64,000 nucleotides of DNA from positions 110,118 to 174,117 of the IMG/VR virus record IMGVR_UViG_3300009152_000030, one strand, 5' to 3'. The position numbers and the translations under genes are program-made. The DNA comes from a virus. Shown in pieces: positions 1 to 10,428 of the stretch (positions within the stretch are counted from its first letter, which is position 1; each line of letters begins with the position of its first letter). The notes below the pieces were generated by a model that was not told the DNA's origin, did no database searches, and worked only from the letters and a program-made list of their open reading frames with translations.

Positions 1-2
1 CT

Positions 3-767
3 ACTACTGGCTTAGGATTTAGATGGGGAGGTTACTTTGGTACAGGAAAGTATTATCTTAGAAGTGAAAAAACTACAACTGAGCAATTACGTAAACCGAA
101 TAACGATGGCAAATTCGAGGGAGAAATAGTAGAGTGGAATCCTGGAAAAAAAATCTTTGAAAAACATAAGATTCCCCTAGTTGATGAGGAGGGTGTTCAG
201 GTGGTAGTCTGGAGACCAGATAAGTTTGACAAAAAAGGTAAGCTAATTGAAGCTGCACACTGGGAGAAGCAATATTGGGACGAAGTAGATAATATTGGTT
301 GGGATTCTATGCATTTTGATTTTCGACCGATTGGAGGTGGGTGGAATCCTGGGGGACTAGATTCAAGGTCAAGAGAGTTATTAACAATTCCAGTTGGACT
401 GGGTAACCCAACAGGAGAACCTATCCCTCCAAGAAGTGTAGGGTTGTCAAAGACTGGAGTCCAGAATTTAAGATTACCACTAACTCCAGAAGAGTCTTAC
501 CATAGATTTAATGAAACTTTAGGAATTCCTATTCCTAAAGATTTTGTTGGCGTAGCACCTCCTCCGGTAATGTTAAATAATCGAATATCCGAACTTGAAT
601 ATAATGCACGGGAGGCAGAAATAGAAGCCAGCCAAATGACTCCGTATACCGGCTATTCTGATCCTGATAGTCAGCCTGTAACTGTTCCAATAGTTACAAC
701 AAGTACTAAAAGTAAAACATCGCAGCCGCGTGAGCGTGCACCAAGTGGTCCTTACCGTGAGCGTTAA
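3..767 (+). CDS. 5'-truncated virion protein with C-terminal half of an M15-like (Zn D,D/L,D-peptidase) domain
   Basis: The frame of ORF 201..767 is open from position 3 (TTGLGFRWGGYFGTG...). GxRWGGxF ... WDSMHFDF matches the WGGxW...DxxHF end of M15C/Ply500-type peptidases. It is followed by a Pro/Ser/Thr-rich tail. The true start lies upstream of the window. Confidence 0.6.
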   Translation, partial: TTGLGFRWGGYFGTGKYYLRSEKTTTEQLRKPNNDGKFEGEIVEWNPGKKIFEKHKIPLVDEEGVQVVVWRPDKFDKKGKLIEAAHWEKQYWDEVDNIGWDSMHFDFRPIGGGWNPGGLDSRSRELLTIPVGLGNPTGEPIPPRSVGLSKTGVQNLRLPLTPEESYHRFNETLGIPIPKDFVGVAPPPVMLNNRISELEYNAREAEIEASQMTPYTGYSDPDSQPVTVPIVTTSTKSKTSQPRERAPSGPYRER

Positions 768-886
768 GGCAAGATACAATTGAATAAATAATTCAAGAAA
801 GCAAGAGGACGATAGAATAAAGTAAGTAAATAAATAAATGATCTCCTTGCTTAATATAGTATAGAGATCTAAAAGGAAGATTACTA

Positions 887-3800
887 ATGAGTGAACAAAG
901 AAAAAGTACATATACTTTTGGAACTGATAGGTATGTTCCTGATCCTTGTGCTTCAAAGACTTACTTTAGAAGGGATCCTGCTAAGCGAAATCCTTTAACT
1001 GATGCTCCAGCAGGATGGCATAATCTGGTAGACGTAGATCCTCGTCTAGAAGCTATGATCAAAGCGGCAAGTAAATTTTTGCCTCCAGGCTGGCAGGTAA
1101 CAAATAAAGGTAGTGTAAATGAACCAGGCTCTAAAAATATACCAAGACCTTTTACAGGTCATACAACAAGAGCAAAATCCCAACAACGTCCTGCAACGAT
1201 ACTAAGAAGTACCAGTGGCAAAGCTCATCATCCAAGAGGACGGGCTATAGATACTGCTCTTATAGATGATAATGGTGACGCTCTACCCAACATTAGAAGT
1301 GCTAATTATTTTAGAGTCTATGAGTTATTTGCACAAATAGTTGTTAAGTGTATAAAAGAGGGGTTGGTTGTCAAGGACAATGGAGACGCATACGACTGGA
1401 GTGATCTTCTTCCAGGAGGCGCTGGACATTCAAGAGGCCCAACAAACGATCAGGGAGACGCTTTAGATCGCTCTTATCAGAACGGAGGTTTGAATGCGGC
1501 GGGCCAGCAAACAGGTATTCCGCAGGGAGGTACTGGTGTTCGTTGGATGGGTTATCTAATTGACAATGATGGCACTGGTACTGACATTACTGCAGATACA
1601 ATGCACTTTGACTTTGGTGGAGGTGGAGGTGGAGGTGGAACTTTTGCAACTGGCGCTTCACAAGAGGTAATTACTCGATTAAAGAGACTTGCAAAAAATC
1701 AAAATATCTCTATTAAGAATGAATTAGGTGGGGAAAATCCTATTACTAAGGGTGTTCCAAATTGGGCAGCATTCAAATTGCCACAAAGCGCAGAAGAAAG
1801 TGCAGCTAGGTTCAGAGAAGCTCTTGGGCTACGACCTATTGAAGTTGCACAGGTTGATCCACCTACCCCACCAGTTGAAGTGCCGGCCGTACTACCACCG
1901 CCTCCTGCAGTTGCAGTACTACCAGCACCTCCTGCAGTAGAACCTACGCCGCCTCCTCCTCCTCCTGCAGAAGTTACTCCTGCTCCTACACCAGCACCAG
2001 TGCCCCCGCCACCAGAGCCTGCTAAGCCAGAGATAGCCCCGCCGGCAGAGACTGAAGGCGAACTTTTACTTGCTGTTAGGAAATATAAAAAGCAGATTGA
2101 AGAACTTAAAGAGATGGGATGGAACCTTTACACAAAAGATCTAACTTCATTTGATTTATTCTATAAAGAAAATACGTTGATAATTCCAACGTCAACTAAT
2201 CCTAATATAAAATTTGATAGATCTGGTATAGGCATAGATAATGTCTATACGTCTAGTCACTTATTTTGTGACTTTATATCTGCAACGTCTTTCAACGTAT
2301 TTAAGAAATTACCTATTCAAGGAATTAGTATGCCAACTGCCCAATTTCTTGGGCGTGCTGATAACAGCTTCTTAGTTTCATTTAAGTCTCTTGGTTTAGA
2401 TTCTGTTCGTCAAATAGAAGTCATAAAAGATACTCTAAAGAAGCAAGCTATACAGTATAAGTTTATTCCTGAGTCTTATGTTCTAAGAGTAGAGAATAAC
2501 TTTATTAATGCAATGGGAGATCTATATTTTGTAATCAATGGATTAGATAGTGCAACACTACCTGAAACGCCAGGTACTTATGCAACTGAAATGCGATTAA
2601 CTGCTAATGATATTTACATTAAGAATCCAAAGATTAAAAGACAATCACTAGTCAGTAGTAAAGATATTAAAAGAACTTTTATAGAAGAGTTGCTTTCAAG
2701 AACAAGTGTTACTTATGGGATAGAAGTACCTGGTAAAGAAAATATAATTTCAAGTATTGATTCTATTTCTAATAATTATGATCCAACGTCTATTACGGCA
2801 ACTGATCCAAATGAAGCTGTTATAGACTTATTAGACTCAAGTCTTAATAAGATTCAAGATGAACTTTTCTTGTATTGGAATACAACAAGAAGTGTTTGGT
2901 ACAACGATACCCTTCAAGGCCTAGGTGAAGGCCATAAAGCCTTCATGCGTAATATTTGTGGCATTATTAATCTTTGCAATAGGTTAATTATTCCCAATGG
3001 CTATAGATATATAGATACTGATTATCGACTCAAAATCCCAGAAGGAAAAGAGATAATTGATTTATTCCATCGCAAAGGAAATGGGTTTCTACATCCTACT
3101 CTTAGATACGATGAACCTTATTTATGGCTTAAAGACTATAGTAAAAAATACGAAAGTGAATTTCTTCCAGGAGGTATGGGCACAGTACTTGGACAACAAT
3201 ATATTTTATTCCAGTTGCTTGCTCCTATTGGTCTTGATGGTATTGCTCCGGCCTATTGGGATTTTAAACTTGAGTTTGAGCATACAGAATATGACTTAAG
3301 TGAATTGCCACTTCGTATTGAAGCTTTTAGCTTTGCCGATGGTGAAGGGCAAAGCTCTTATGCTGATGCATTAAATGCTTGGTCTAAGTCAGGAGATGTA
3401 AAAACAAACCCAATGGCTCCATTTATTAGATCTCATAGATCTGTTCTTGCCCTTGCGAGGAATACTTGGTTTCTTTGGATGTGGCGAACTTCTCTTATGC
3501 AACAGAATGCTACTGGAAATAGTGCACTAGGTTATGCCGCATCTTTTTTTGAAGGTACTCCTAGAGTATTTGTTGAGCTTCGTGATGCTAATAAAACCAA
3601 AACAGATACAGCTCTTCGTGAAAATTGGCATTATGTTAGATATTTTGCGCCAAATGAAATTTTCCAGGAAGAAATTCCTGGCCCAAATTTTCTCAGAGGT
3701 CTAACCGTCGAAGCCAAAGAATACGGCGTTAATATATTTGAGCTAGTCAAGCCTATTACAAGTCTTGAAACTCTAATGTTTCCCCAAGATGATATTGGGG

Positions 3801-6800
3801 GAGGCTTTAAAGATGGAGATGACGTCTCTACAAGTAATCCTTATACAATTATGAAGCCTGGCGCTAAGATGTTATTTAAACCTTGGAAAGGTTTTGATGT
3901 TAAAGATATGATTCTTGATATTGCATTAGTTTGGGGTGGTGAATTTGTAGTTGCAAAAATAGGAGCAGGAATTGTAAAGGTTGGATCTTTTATTATTGGC
4001 AAAGGAACTGCTGTAGTCAAAGCAGGAGGAGCAGTAGTTGCTAACACTAAAGCAGGCTCAACGGTAATGACAACCGCAGGAGCTGTTACTGCATGGTGGA
4101 AAACAAGTGGTTTTGTTGTGGCTTGTACGCAAAAACTTTCTGCTATCAGACATTGGCTGCTTTGGAATTCAGCAGCTACGGATATTAGAATTGCTGGTCT
4201 TTTAGTAAAAGATAAAGTTTCTGCTATCGGAAGCCGTCTAGGGATGGCAGCAGCAACTGTTCCCAAGACTTCAATTAGAGCACGCGTAGCTGCCCAAGAT
4301 GCGTTAGCCGCTGGGGGTATGAGCTCAAAGACTATTCAATTTGTTCCAGGAAAACAAACACTTATTACAGCTGCTTCAGTTGCTGGTGAAGATATATACG
4401 ATGCCTACAGTAAGAGTTTAACGCAAGACCAGCTTAATACTGAATTAGCAAAAAACAGAATTAATAATAGTGTTGGTGGGTTTGGTCTGAATTCTGCTAA
4501 TGCTCAATTAAACGTCGAAAGTTTCTATTATGATTTTCATGAAAGAACAATCAATGGCGCAAATCCTAATTATGATCAAGATTCAGTTGTATTAACAAGT
4601 ATTACAAGATGGCAAGGAGGAGCTTCTGGGGATATAATTGATGCCGACGTAGGACTTGATATTGAACGCTTTTTTGAAGCTGCAGGTCGAGATGGAGATC
4701 CAGTTAAAAAACCTCTTCTATTAAAAAATAACAAAGGATACAAAAATCCAAGAAAAGTTGTTGATTTTGTTACTGAGTTTGAAGAGATTATTAATAACCC
4801 AGGATCAAATGGTTGGATGAAGTTAACTGTTCCTAACAAGTACTTTATGGATTATATTTGGAACTATTTAATTATTCCTTATTTGAATAATGTTTTTGAT
4901 TTCGAGAATATCTATAAAATTAGCACTGAGACAGAATTCTTCCCAAAGACAAGAGAACTTTTAATTGCACAAGAACAGAGCCTAGTGGAAGCTACATACG
5001 AAGACTTAGATCTTCCTTTGCATCCTTACTGGAATCAAAGAGTAAGTGCTCTTGGATTTGATGCAGTTGTAGATAATTTTTATCAGAATCAAGATATGCC
5101 TGATAATCAAGTTATTGCTAATTTCTCAAGAGGAAATAGTTTTACTGAGCCAGATTTTTATCTTTATAATCCATCGATTGACGGCAATGACGAACTACTT
5201 GCGGATCGACAGATTGATAACACAAAACTAAGCGCAAGATGGTCCGCTGAAGATATATATAATTTTGGAATTAATATGTCTGCTAACCTTGCTGCTGGAG
5301 ATGTTGAGAGACTTCAAAAAACAGGTAGCCCTTTAAACGCAGATTTACGAGGTGGAACTCCTGCTACCCGCAAAAATTTTAAAGATACATACAAGTCATT
5401 CCTTGATCAGAATAAATTAATGGAAGGAGTAATTGGAGCTTGGAATAACGAAATTCATGATACGCAAGTTGCTCCCAAGCAGGATCCTAATCTTGATAAT
5501 GCTGACAAAGTTGATAAGGCTACTGGTGAAAATCTTGCATATCCAAAGTCAAAAAGCCCAAAGGCTGGATGGGAAGAACTAGTATTATGGCTTGGCCCTA
5601 ATCAAGACTTACTTGCTCCTATGTCTATGAACTTTGACAAAAGTGATAGTGAGAACATTAACCTAAGAATGAGTACACTTGCAAACGTTACTCTTCAGGA
5701 TTTTAATAGAGTCAAAGGAGAAGACTATATTCTTAGAATGCAGCAATATCTTCGAGAAGATTATAACGAGTTCTTAAAAAGCATTAAGCGCCCAGAAGTT
5801 GGCGAGACAGAAGAAGGTATTTCTCCTGATGAGTCCATAGAACCTTCTCCTGCCGGAACTGCAGAAAAACCAAGACAAAAATTTGGACAACCAGAAGAAA
5901 CTAATCAATCAGTGGCAAGACCAGATTTTAATCTTTATAACTTTTTTGATGACGACTGTGGCGGAGGAGATCCTTCAGTCCTGTTACAGTTTTCTACTGA
6001 AAGATACGCAAACTTAACTAGATTACATGATGGACTAAAAAGCATTGGTAGAAAAAAACTAGCAGCAAGAAGAGCTTATCCTGTTTGTAAAATTTATCTA
6101 ATAGAAGAAGACGATATTTATAATTCAGAATATGTAGAGTTAGATGAAATTTATACATATTCTAAAATTGAGCGATTGGAAATTGCTGATAGTCGTAAAC
6201 GTCCAAGTTCTATTTGTCGACTTACATTTGTAGATCCAAATGGTGTCCTTACTGGTTTTAATCAGTTCTCAAAAGCAGCCAACTCTATATTGATTGGCGA
6301 TGATAAGATTACTGAAAGAAGAGCTAATGTTGGAACTGGGTTAGATTTCGAATCTAGCAATGCGCTTGTTAGAGGTACAGAATTTGAGCAATCCGATATT
6401 GGGTTTGTTTTAAATGCGGGGATGAAGATTAAAGTATGCTTAGGTTTTAGTAATGATGCTAATAAGCTAGAAGAGGTATTTCTTGGAGAAATTACTGATA
6501 TTAATCTAGATGGCTCTGGGAATAAGATTGAAGTTGTTGCCCAGTCTTATGGAGCTGAATTAATTGCAAAATTAAAAGGAACTACGCCAAAAGAGACATC
6601 AGTTCAGCATATGGATACTTTTGATCTTTTAGCTAGATTAATGTTTGAGCCAGAAATCATTCACTTTGGTAAAAAGAAATTTGACAGTATTATTTCCTTT
6701 GGTGAAGACAAAAGTATTGAAGTATCAAACTTGGCTTATAAAGAAGGATTTGCTGTTGGCGGTATGCATAATGCTAGAAGAAAAGGTGGTTTTATAAACT

Positions 6801-9052
6801 ATCTTTATACTTTTGAGGATAGTCTTGATATGAACTGGATTGACGGGACTCTTGACGCCTTAGAGAATTGGAAAACAAATGCAAATAAAGCTTATGTTAT
6901 AAAGCCCAATGCAGGTCCTCAGGATGATAATCTATATATCCCTAGCTACCAACCCTTACAAGGTTACTATTGGTATGACTGGTTTGGCACATGGACTGGT
7001 GCACTAACAAGAGATGGTACAGCACGTGTTGTTCAAGTTGAAGATGGGCAAGTAAAAGAATTCGAAGATAGAGCCAAGAAGGCTGGAATTCCTACTTATT
7101 CTGCATGGGCAGCAGCAGCAACAACTCTTCCATTGGCTTGGAAATTGGGTAAAGGTGCGGGCGCTATTACTAAAACAAAAATTGGTCTTATAATAGCAGG
7201 AGCCTTAGGCTTTGGAGTTATACTTAAAGCCGTGTTCCAGGCAATGGGAACAGCCGGATACTATACAGTTGACTGGTTGCTTGGGCCAGATCAAGAGGAA
7301 GTGGAAAAAACGCTTGAAGAAGCAAAGTCTTATGGTGGTACTATCTTAGAAAGACATGCCCTTGCAAAAAGTAACCAAGACGAACATAAACAAAATAGTC
7401 CAATGTTAATTTCCGTTTATGATCCTGAAACATTAATTTATAATGTTTTCTACTCTACAATCTGGGATGTCTTTGAGGAGATGACCTATCGCCACCCTAG
7501 TTATGTCAAGCATCCTAGAATTTATAAGAATAGCAATAGAATGACTATGTTCTTTGGTCTTCCTGATCAAAATATGTGGGAATACTGTGGAGATCCTCTA
7601 GATGTTTATCGTCAAAATAAAATCTTTAGAAAAATACTAAAGTCAGGCGGAAAGCTAGAAGAAGGTAGCCCTTTCTTGCAAGAAACAAGAAGAGATACAA
7701 GAAGTGACTACACTCTTCCTGACTATGGGAATGTGCCAAGTGTTAATTCTGAAGAAATTGCAAATTTTGTCAGAATAGCAAGAAGACGTTTTAGACCATT
7801 CAGAACTTGGCATAATCTCAACTCCTATACAGACATTATTAGCAATGATATAGAGGCTACAGCTGATGGCTGGTATACAGAAGTTGAAGTGCAATTTAAT
7901 GACAGCACCATAAAGGGTGGTGCGGTTACAGAGATTAAAAATCCTAATGCATTCATTGACTGGAATGCTAACAATTCTGTTACAAGAAAGGCAAATATAG
8001 ATTTATCTCCTCAGTTTATAAGAAAGACTACATACCAATTTCCTAACTGCAAAAGTAAAGGAATGGCTTCAACCTATGCAAGATCAATACTTGCGAAACA
8101 AGCAAAAGAAATGTACAAAGGCTCACTTACAATTATGGGTAATCCCCATATCAAACCTTATGATATTTGTATCTTAAACGATACTTATAACAATATTTAT
8201 GGGCCTATAGAAGTTGAGGAAGTGCATCATATCTTTAGTCCAGAAACTGGGTATATTACACAACTTTACCCTGACACACTTGTAGTTGAAGAAGATGTTA
8301 CTCCTTATATTATTTTCAATGGACTACAGAGTGGTGTTTACACTAGAACTCAATACTATATGGAATTAGCCCTTGCAGCTTTCCCAACATGGGGTGAAAA
8401 GAATAATATGACAAGTGAGGGACAGTACTATCTCGATAGTTTAAACCAAGTAATAGAAAATTACAGACAAAAAGTTATTGGAATGCAAGAAGAAATAAGT
8501 GCTGCTGCCGATTTTACTGAGTTTTTATCAACAGGGGCTGGCGCTCTTGGCGGAATTGGCGGTGGATTATTAGGGTTAAGTACTAAAAGATTCGTATTTG
8601 GATTTGGTGGATTTGGCAGTGCCGCTAGCGCACTTCTAGGATCTGCAATTGCTGGAAGCCTAGCTTATTTCTATGCATCTTCATCTTTAACTTCAATCAT
8701 ATATAACTATATTGCTGAAGGTCGGGCCTACATGATGATTCCTTTGACAAGAGAAGGTATCCCCATGGTGGCAGGAACAAACATAGGCATGAGTACTGGT
8801 ATGTATAAGTCCCCTGGTCAATATATCCGTCAGTACTGGATGGATGGTGGACTTGGGCAGTCTATGACAAGAGCGGATTCTATAATGAAAACTGCAAATG
8901 CAAGATTAAGATACGGCGCAGCAATGGATAACACTTTACTTGAAGCTCAGTTCACAGCAGACGACCTAGGCTTCACCTATGATAAGATGTTTGAAGATAT
9001 TGGTGGTAAACTTGCAAATGATTACTTGTTCCCCAAGGTAAAGAAACAATAA
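887..9052 (+). CDS. 2721-aa tail-tip/baseplate hub-like protein with N-terminal M15-like peptidoglycan peptidase, Pro-rich linker and Gly-rich hydrophobic segments
   Basis: HHPRGRAID (HxxGxAxD) ... VRWMGY ... DTMHFDF. Pro-rich linker at ~1855-2045. KGSLTIMGNPHIKPYD...VEEVHHIFSPETGYIT resembles the last barrel of gp27/Mu gp44/gpD hubs. It lies just upstream of the gp25-like and J-like genes. Confidence 0.65.
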   Translation: MSEQRKSTYTFGTDRYVPDPCASKTYFRRDPAKRNPLTDAPAGWHNLVDVDPRLEAMIKAASKFLPPGWQVTNKGSVNEPGSKNIPRPFTGHTTRAKSQQRPATILRSTSGKAHHPRGRAIDTALIDDNGDALPNIRSANYFRVYELFAQIVVKCIKEGLVVKDNGDAYDWSDLLPGGAGHSRGPTNDQGDALDRSYQNGGLNAAGQQTGIPQGGTGVRWMGYLIDNDGTGTDITADTMHFDFGGGGGGGGTFATGASQEVITRLKRLAKNQNISIKNELGGENPITKGVPNWAAFKLPQSAEESAARFREALGLRPIEVAQVDPPTPPVEVPAVLPPPPAVAVLPAPPAVEPTPPPPPPAEVTPAPTPAPVPPPPEPAKPEIAPPAETEGELLLAVRKYKKQIEELKEMGWNLYTKDLTSFDLFYKENTLIIPTSTNPNIKFDRSGIGIDNVYTSSHLFCDFISATSFNVFKKLPIQGISMPTAQFLGRADNSFLVSFKSLGLDSVRQIEVIKDTLKKQAIQYKFIPESYVLRVENNFINAMGDLYFVINGLDSATLPETPGTYATEMRLTANDIYIKNPKIKRQSLVSSKDIKRTFIEELLSRTSVTYGIEVPGKENIISSIDSISNNYDPTSITATDPNEAVIDLLDSSLNKIQDELFLYWNTTRSVWYNDTLQGLGEGHKAFMRNICGIINLCNRLIIPNGYRYIDTDYRLKIPEGKEIIDLFHRKGNGFLHPTLRYDEPYLWLKDYSKKYESEFLPGGMGTVLGQQYILFQLLAPIGLDGIAPAYWDFKLEFEHTEYDLSELPLRIEAFSFADGEGQSSYADALNAWSKSGDVKTNPMAPFIRSHRSVLALARNTWFLWMWRTSLMQQNATGNSALGYAASFFEGTPRVFVELRDANKTKTDTALRENWHYVRYFAPNEIFQEEIPGPNFLRGLTVEAKEYGVNIFELVKPITSLETLMFPQDDIGGGFKDGDDVSTSNPYTIMKPGAKMLFKPWKGFDVKDMILDIALVWGGEFVVAKIGAGIVKVGSFIIGKGTAVVKAGGAVVANTKAGSTVMTTAGAVTAWWKTSGFVVACTQKLSAIRHWLLWNSAATDIRIAGLLVKDKVSAIGSRLGMAAATVPKTSIRARVAAQDALAAGGMSSKTIQFVPGKQTLITAASVAGEDIYDAYSKSLTQDQLNTELAKNRINNSVGGFGLNSANAQLNVESFYYDFHERTINGANPNYDQDSVVLTSITRWQGGASGDIIDADVGLDIERFFEAAGRDGDPVKKPLLLKNNKGYKNPRKVVDFVTEFEEIINNPGSNGWMKLTVPNKYFMDYIWNYLIIPYLNNVFDFENIYKISTETEFFPKTRELLIAQEQSLVEATYEDLDLPLHPYWNQRVSALGFDAVVDNFYQNQDMPDNQVIANFSRGNSFTEPDFYLYNPSIDGNDELLADRQIDNTKLSARWSAEDIYNFGINMSANLAAGDVERLQKTGSPLNADLRGGTPATRKNFKDTYKSFLDQNKLMEGVIGAWNNEIHDTQVAPKQDPNLDNADKVDKATGENLAYPKSKSPKAGWEELVLWLGPNQDLLAPMSMNFDKSDSENINLRMSTLANVTLQDFNRVKGEDYILRMQQYLREDYNEFLKSIKRPEVGETEEGISPDESIEPSPAGTAEKPRQKFGQPEETNQSVARPDFNLYNFFDDDCGGGDPSVLLQFSTERYANLTRLHDGLKSIGRKKLAARRAYPVCKIYLIEEDDIYNSEYVELDEIYTYSKIERLEIADSRKRPSSICRLTFVDPNGVLTGFNQFSKAANSILIGDDKITERRANVGTGLDFESSNALVRGTEFEQSDIGFVLNAGMKIKVCLGFSNDANKLEEVFLGEITDINLDGSGNKIEVVAQSYGAELIAKLKGTTPKETSVQHMDTFDLLARLMFEPEIIHFGKKKFDSIISFGEDKSIEVSNLAYKEGFAVGGMHNARRKGGFINYLYTFEDSLDMNWIDGTLDALENWKTNANKAYVIKPNAGPQDDNLYIPSYQPLQGYYWYDWFGTWTGALTRDGTARVVQVEDGQVKEFEDRAKKAGIPTYSAWAAAATTLPLAWKLGKGAGAITKTKIGLIIAGALGFGVILKAVFQAMGTAGYYTVDWLLGPDQEEVEKTLEEAKSYGGTILERHALAKSNQDEHKQNSPMLISVYDPETLIYNVFYSTIWDVFEEMTYRHPSYVKHPRIYKNSNRMTMFFGLPDQNMWEYCGDPLDVYRQNKIFRKILKSGGKLEEGSPFLQETRRDTRSDYTLPDYGNVPSVNSEEIANFVRIARRRFRPFRTWHNLNSYTDIISNDIEATADGWYTEVEVQFNDSTIKGGAVTEIKNPNAFIDWNANNSVTRKANIDLSPQFIRKTTYQFPNCKSKGMASTYARSILAKQAKEMYKGSLTIMGNPHIKPYDICILNDTYNNIYGPIEVEEVHHIFSPETGYITQLYPDTLVVEEDVTPYIIFNGLQSGVYTRTQYYMELALAAFPTWGEKNNMTSEGQYYLDSLNQVIENYRQKVIGMQEEISAAADFTEFLSTGAGALGGIGGGLLGLSTKRFVFGFGGFGSAASALLGSAIAGSLAYFYASSSLTSIIYNYIAEGRAYMMIPLTREGIPMVAGTNIGMSTGMYKSPGQYIRQYWMDGGLGQSMTRADSIMKTANARLRYGAAMDNTLLEAQFTADDLGFTYDKMFEDIGGKLANDYLFPKVKKQ

Positions 9053-9627
9053 TGCCCAAAGTACCAAAGACAAATATTGGCTATAAAATAAACAAATCCT
9101 TTGACCAGCAGTCGGTAGGTAGTCCAGGGTTACATACTTCTGTGAGTGTTAAGGGTTATATTCAATCGGTTTTCTTTCCAGGGGATATTTTACCCTCAGG
9201 GACTCAACTTGTTGGTAATAGTGTTTATATTGACTTTAGAATTAGCCTAATACAAGGTAGAGATAAAGCTGGAAATAAAAGTATTGTACATGGAGAAGTT
9301 CTGGACGTTGAGTGGAATAATATATTAGAAAGTAACTCTAGGAGTGAAAGTCCTAAAGTATTTAGATTAACTTCTACTCCTCAAGAATTGTTTACTAGCT
9401 TTGGTTCAAAGCAAACAATAGAAAGAATACAACCTGTTATTGAGTATACATTTAGTCCTACAAGTTTTTTATCTGGTGTTGCTACTATAATTGGAGATTC
9501 TAGATTTGGCAATGGAGGAGAAATTTCTCCTGAGCAATGGTCATATACACATAATAAAAATAGATCTGGTAATGCTATTCAAATATTCTCAGCAATGCTA
9601 AATAATATAAAAATCCCTGGGTTTTAA
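9052..9627 (+). CDS. hypothetical baseplate protein (possible spike OB-fold region)
   Basis: TAATG overlap with the hub gene. Beta-rich. It occupies the position between hub and gp25, where spike genes usually sit. Confidence 0.35.
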   Translation: MPKVPKTNIGYKINKSFDQQSVGSPGLHTSVSVKGYIQSVFFPGDILPSGTQLVGNSVYIDFRISLIQGRDKAGNKSIVHGEVLDVEWNNILESNSRSESPKVFRLTSTPQELFTSFGSKQTIERIQPVIEYTFSPTSFLSGVATIIGDSRFGNGGEISPEQWSYTHNKNRSGNAIQIFSAMLNNIKIPGF

Positions 9628-9635
9628 GGAACAAA

Positions 9636-9953
9636 ATGGCTGAAACAAAAATTATCAAGCTCCCTGACGGAGAAGCTTTTATTGAAGTTGGATTAGATTA
9701 TGTAAGAATAGGAGCAGGAACAGAAACTTTCCTTGTCCTAGATAAAAAATCTATGAACGCAGGAGCTGGCTCTATGAACTGGCAAATGAGCCCTGACCAG
9801 ATGACATACTATGGCATGCTAACTCATGTTAATCCAATTGCTGGAATGTTTCCAATTGGTCCAAAGTATATGATTAGTCCAGGTCCACTGCTTGCTTTTG
9901 CTAATATGTTTGCTATGAATGCACTAATAGGCGGCGCTGTAGGTATGCTTTAA
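9636..9953 (+). CDS. hypothetical baseplate protein (possible spike beta-strand repeat region)
   Basis: AGGA RBS. Short beta-hairpin-like repeats (EAFIEVGLDYVRIGAGTETFLVLDKKSMNAG) and a hydrophobic C-terminus. Position supports a baseplate role. Confidence 0.35.
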   Translation: MAETKIIKLPDGEAFIEVGLDYVRIGAGTETFLVLDKKSMNAGAGSMNWQMSPDQMTYYGMLTHVNPIAGMFPIGPKYMISPGPLLAFANMFAMNALIGGAVGML

Positions 9954-10426
9954 TGGCTTCAATTCAAGATCCATATGGAGTAAAAGATATAAAGATTTCA
10001 CCTAACTGGGACTTTGCATTGACTAGCAGACCAGAGGGTTATTCGGATCTTGCTTTTACAGACGAGTCAAGTCTTGATACTTTTAAACAGGTAATTAGAT
10101 TATGTTTAAATACAGCAGTGGGAACATATAAAACTAACTTACAGTTTGGTGCGTCTCCTAAAGGGAAAAAAAGTCTTGTGACTTCAAATGGAATGGCTCA
10201 GCTAAGATCTTATATATATCAGAATATGGTTAATAGTAATATTAATCCAAATAGGTACGCATTAAAAGTTGATGTAATTCCTGATCCAGTTAATAAAGAA
10301 GCAGTTATTATTCATGTGCAATTGAATATTCCTTCAGTTAATGGTGGCACTATACCAGTTATGATCAACTCTGTATTCTATGATGGCACGCAGGAACTTA
10401 AAACAATTACAGGTTTTGGAGAATAA
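9953..10426 (+). CDS. gp25/gpW-like baseplate wedge protein
   Basis: DLAF...KQVIRLCLNTAVGTYKTNLQFGAS matches the gp25 pattern (Q.I...L.T..G......FG). Size 157 aa. Precedes the J-like gene. Confidence 0.65.
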   Translation: MASIQDPYGVKDIKISPNWDFALTSRPEGYSDLAFTDESSLDTFKQVIRLCLNTAVGTYKTNLQFGASPKGKKSLVTSNGMAQLRSYIYQNMVNSNINPNRYALKVDVIPDPVNKEAVIIHVQLNIPSVNGGTIPVMINSVFYDGTQELKTITGFGE

Positions 10427-10428
10427 TA

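Noticed and set aside
1610-2045. CRISPR-like or tandem DNA repeat (GGT/GGA run, CCTCCTGCAG repeats)
   Set aside because: These encode poly-Gly and a Pro-rich linker within the 2721-aa ORF, with no constant repeat-spacer period.
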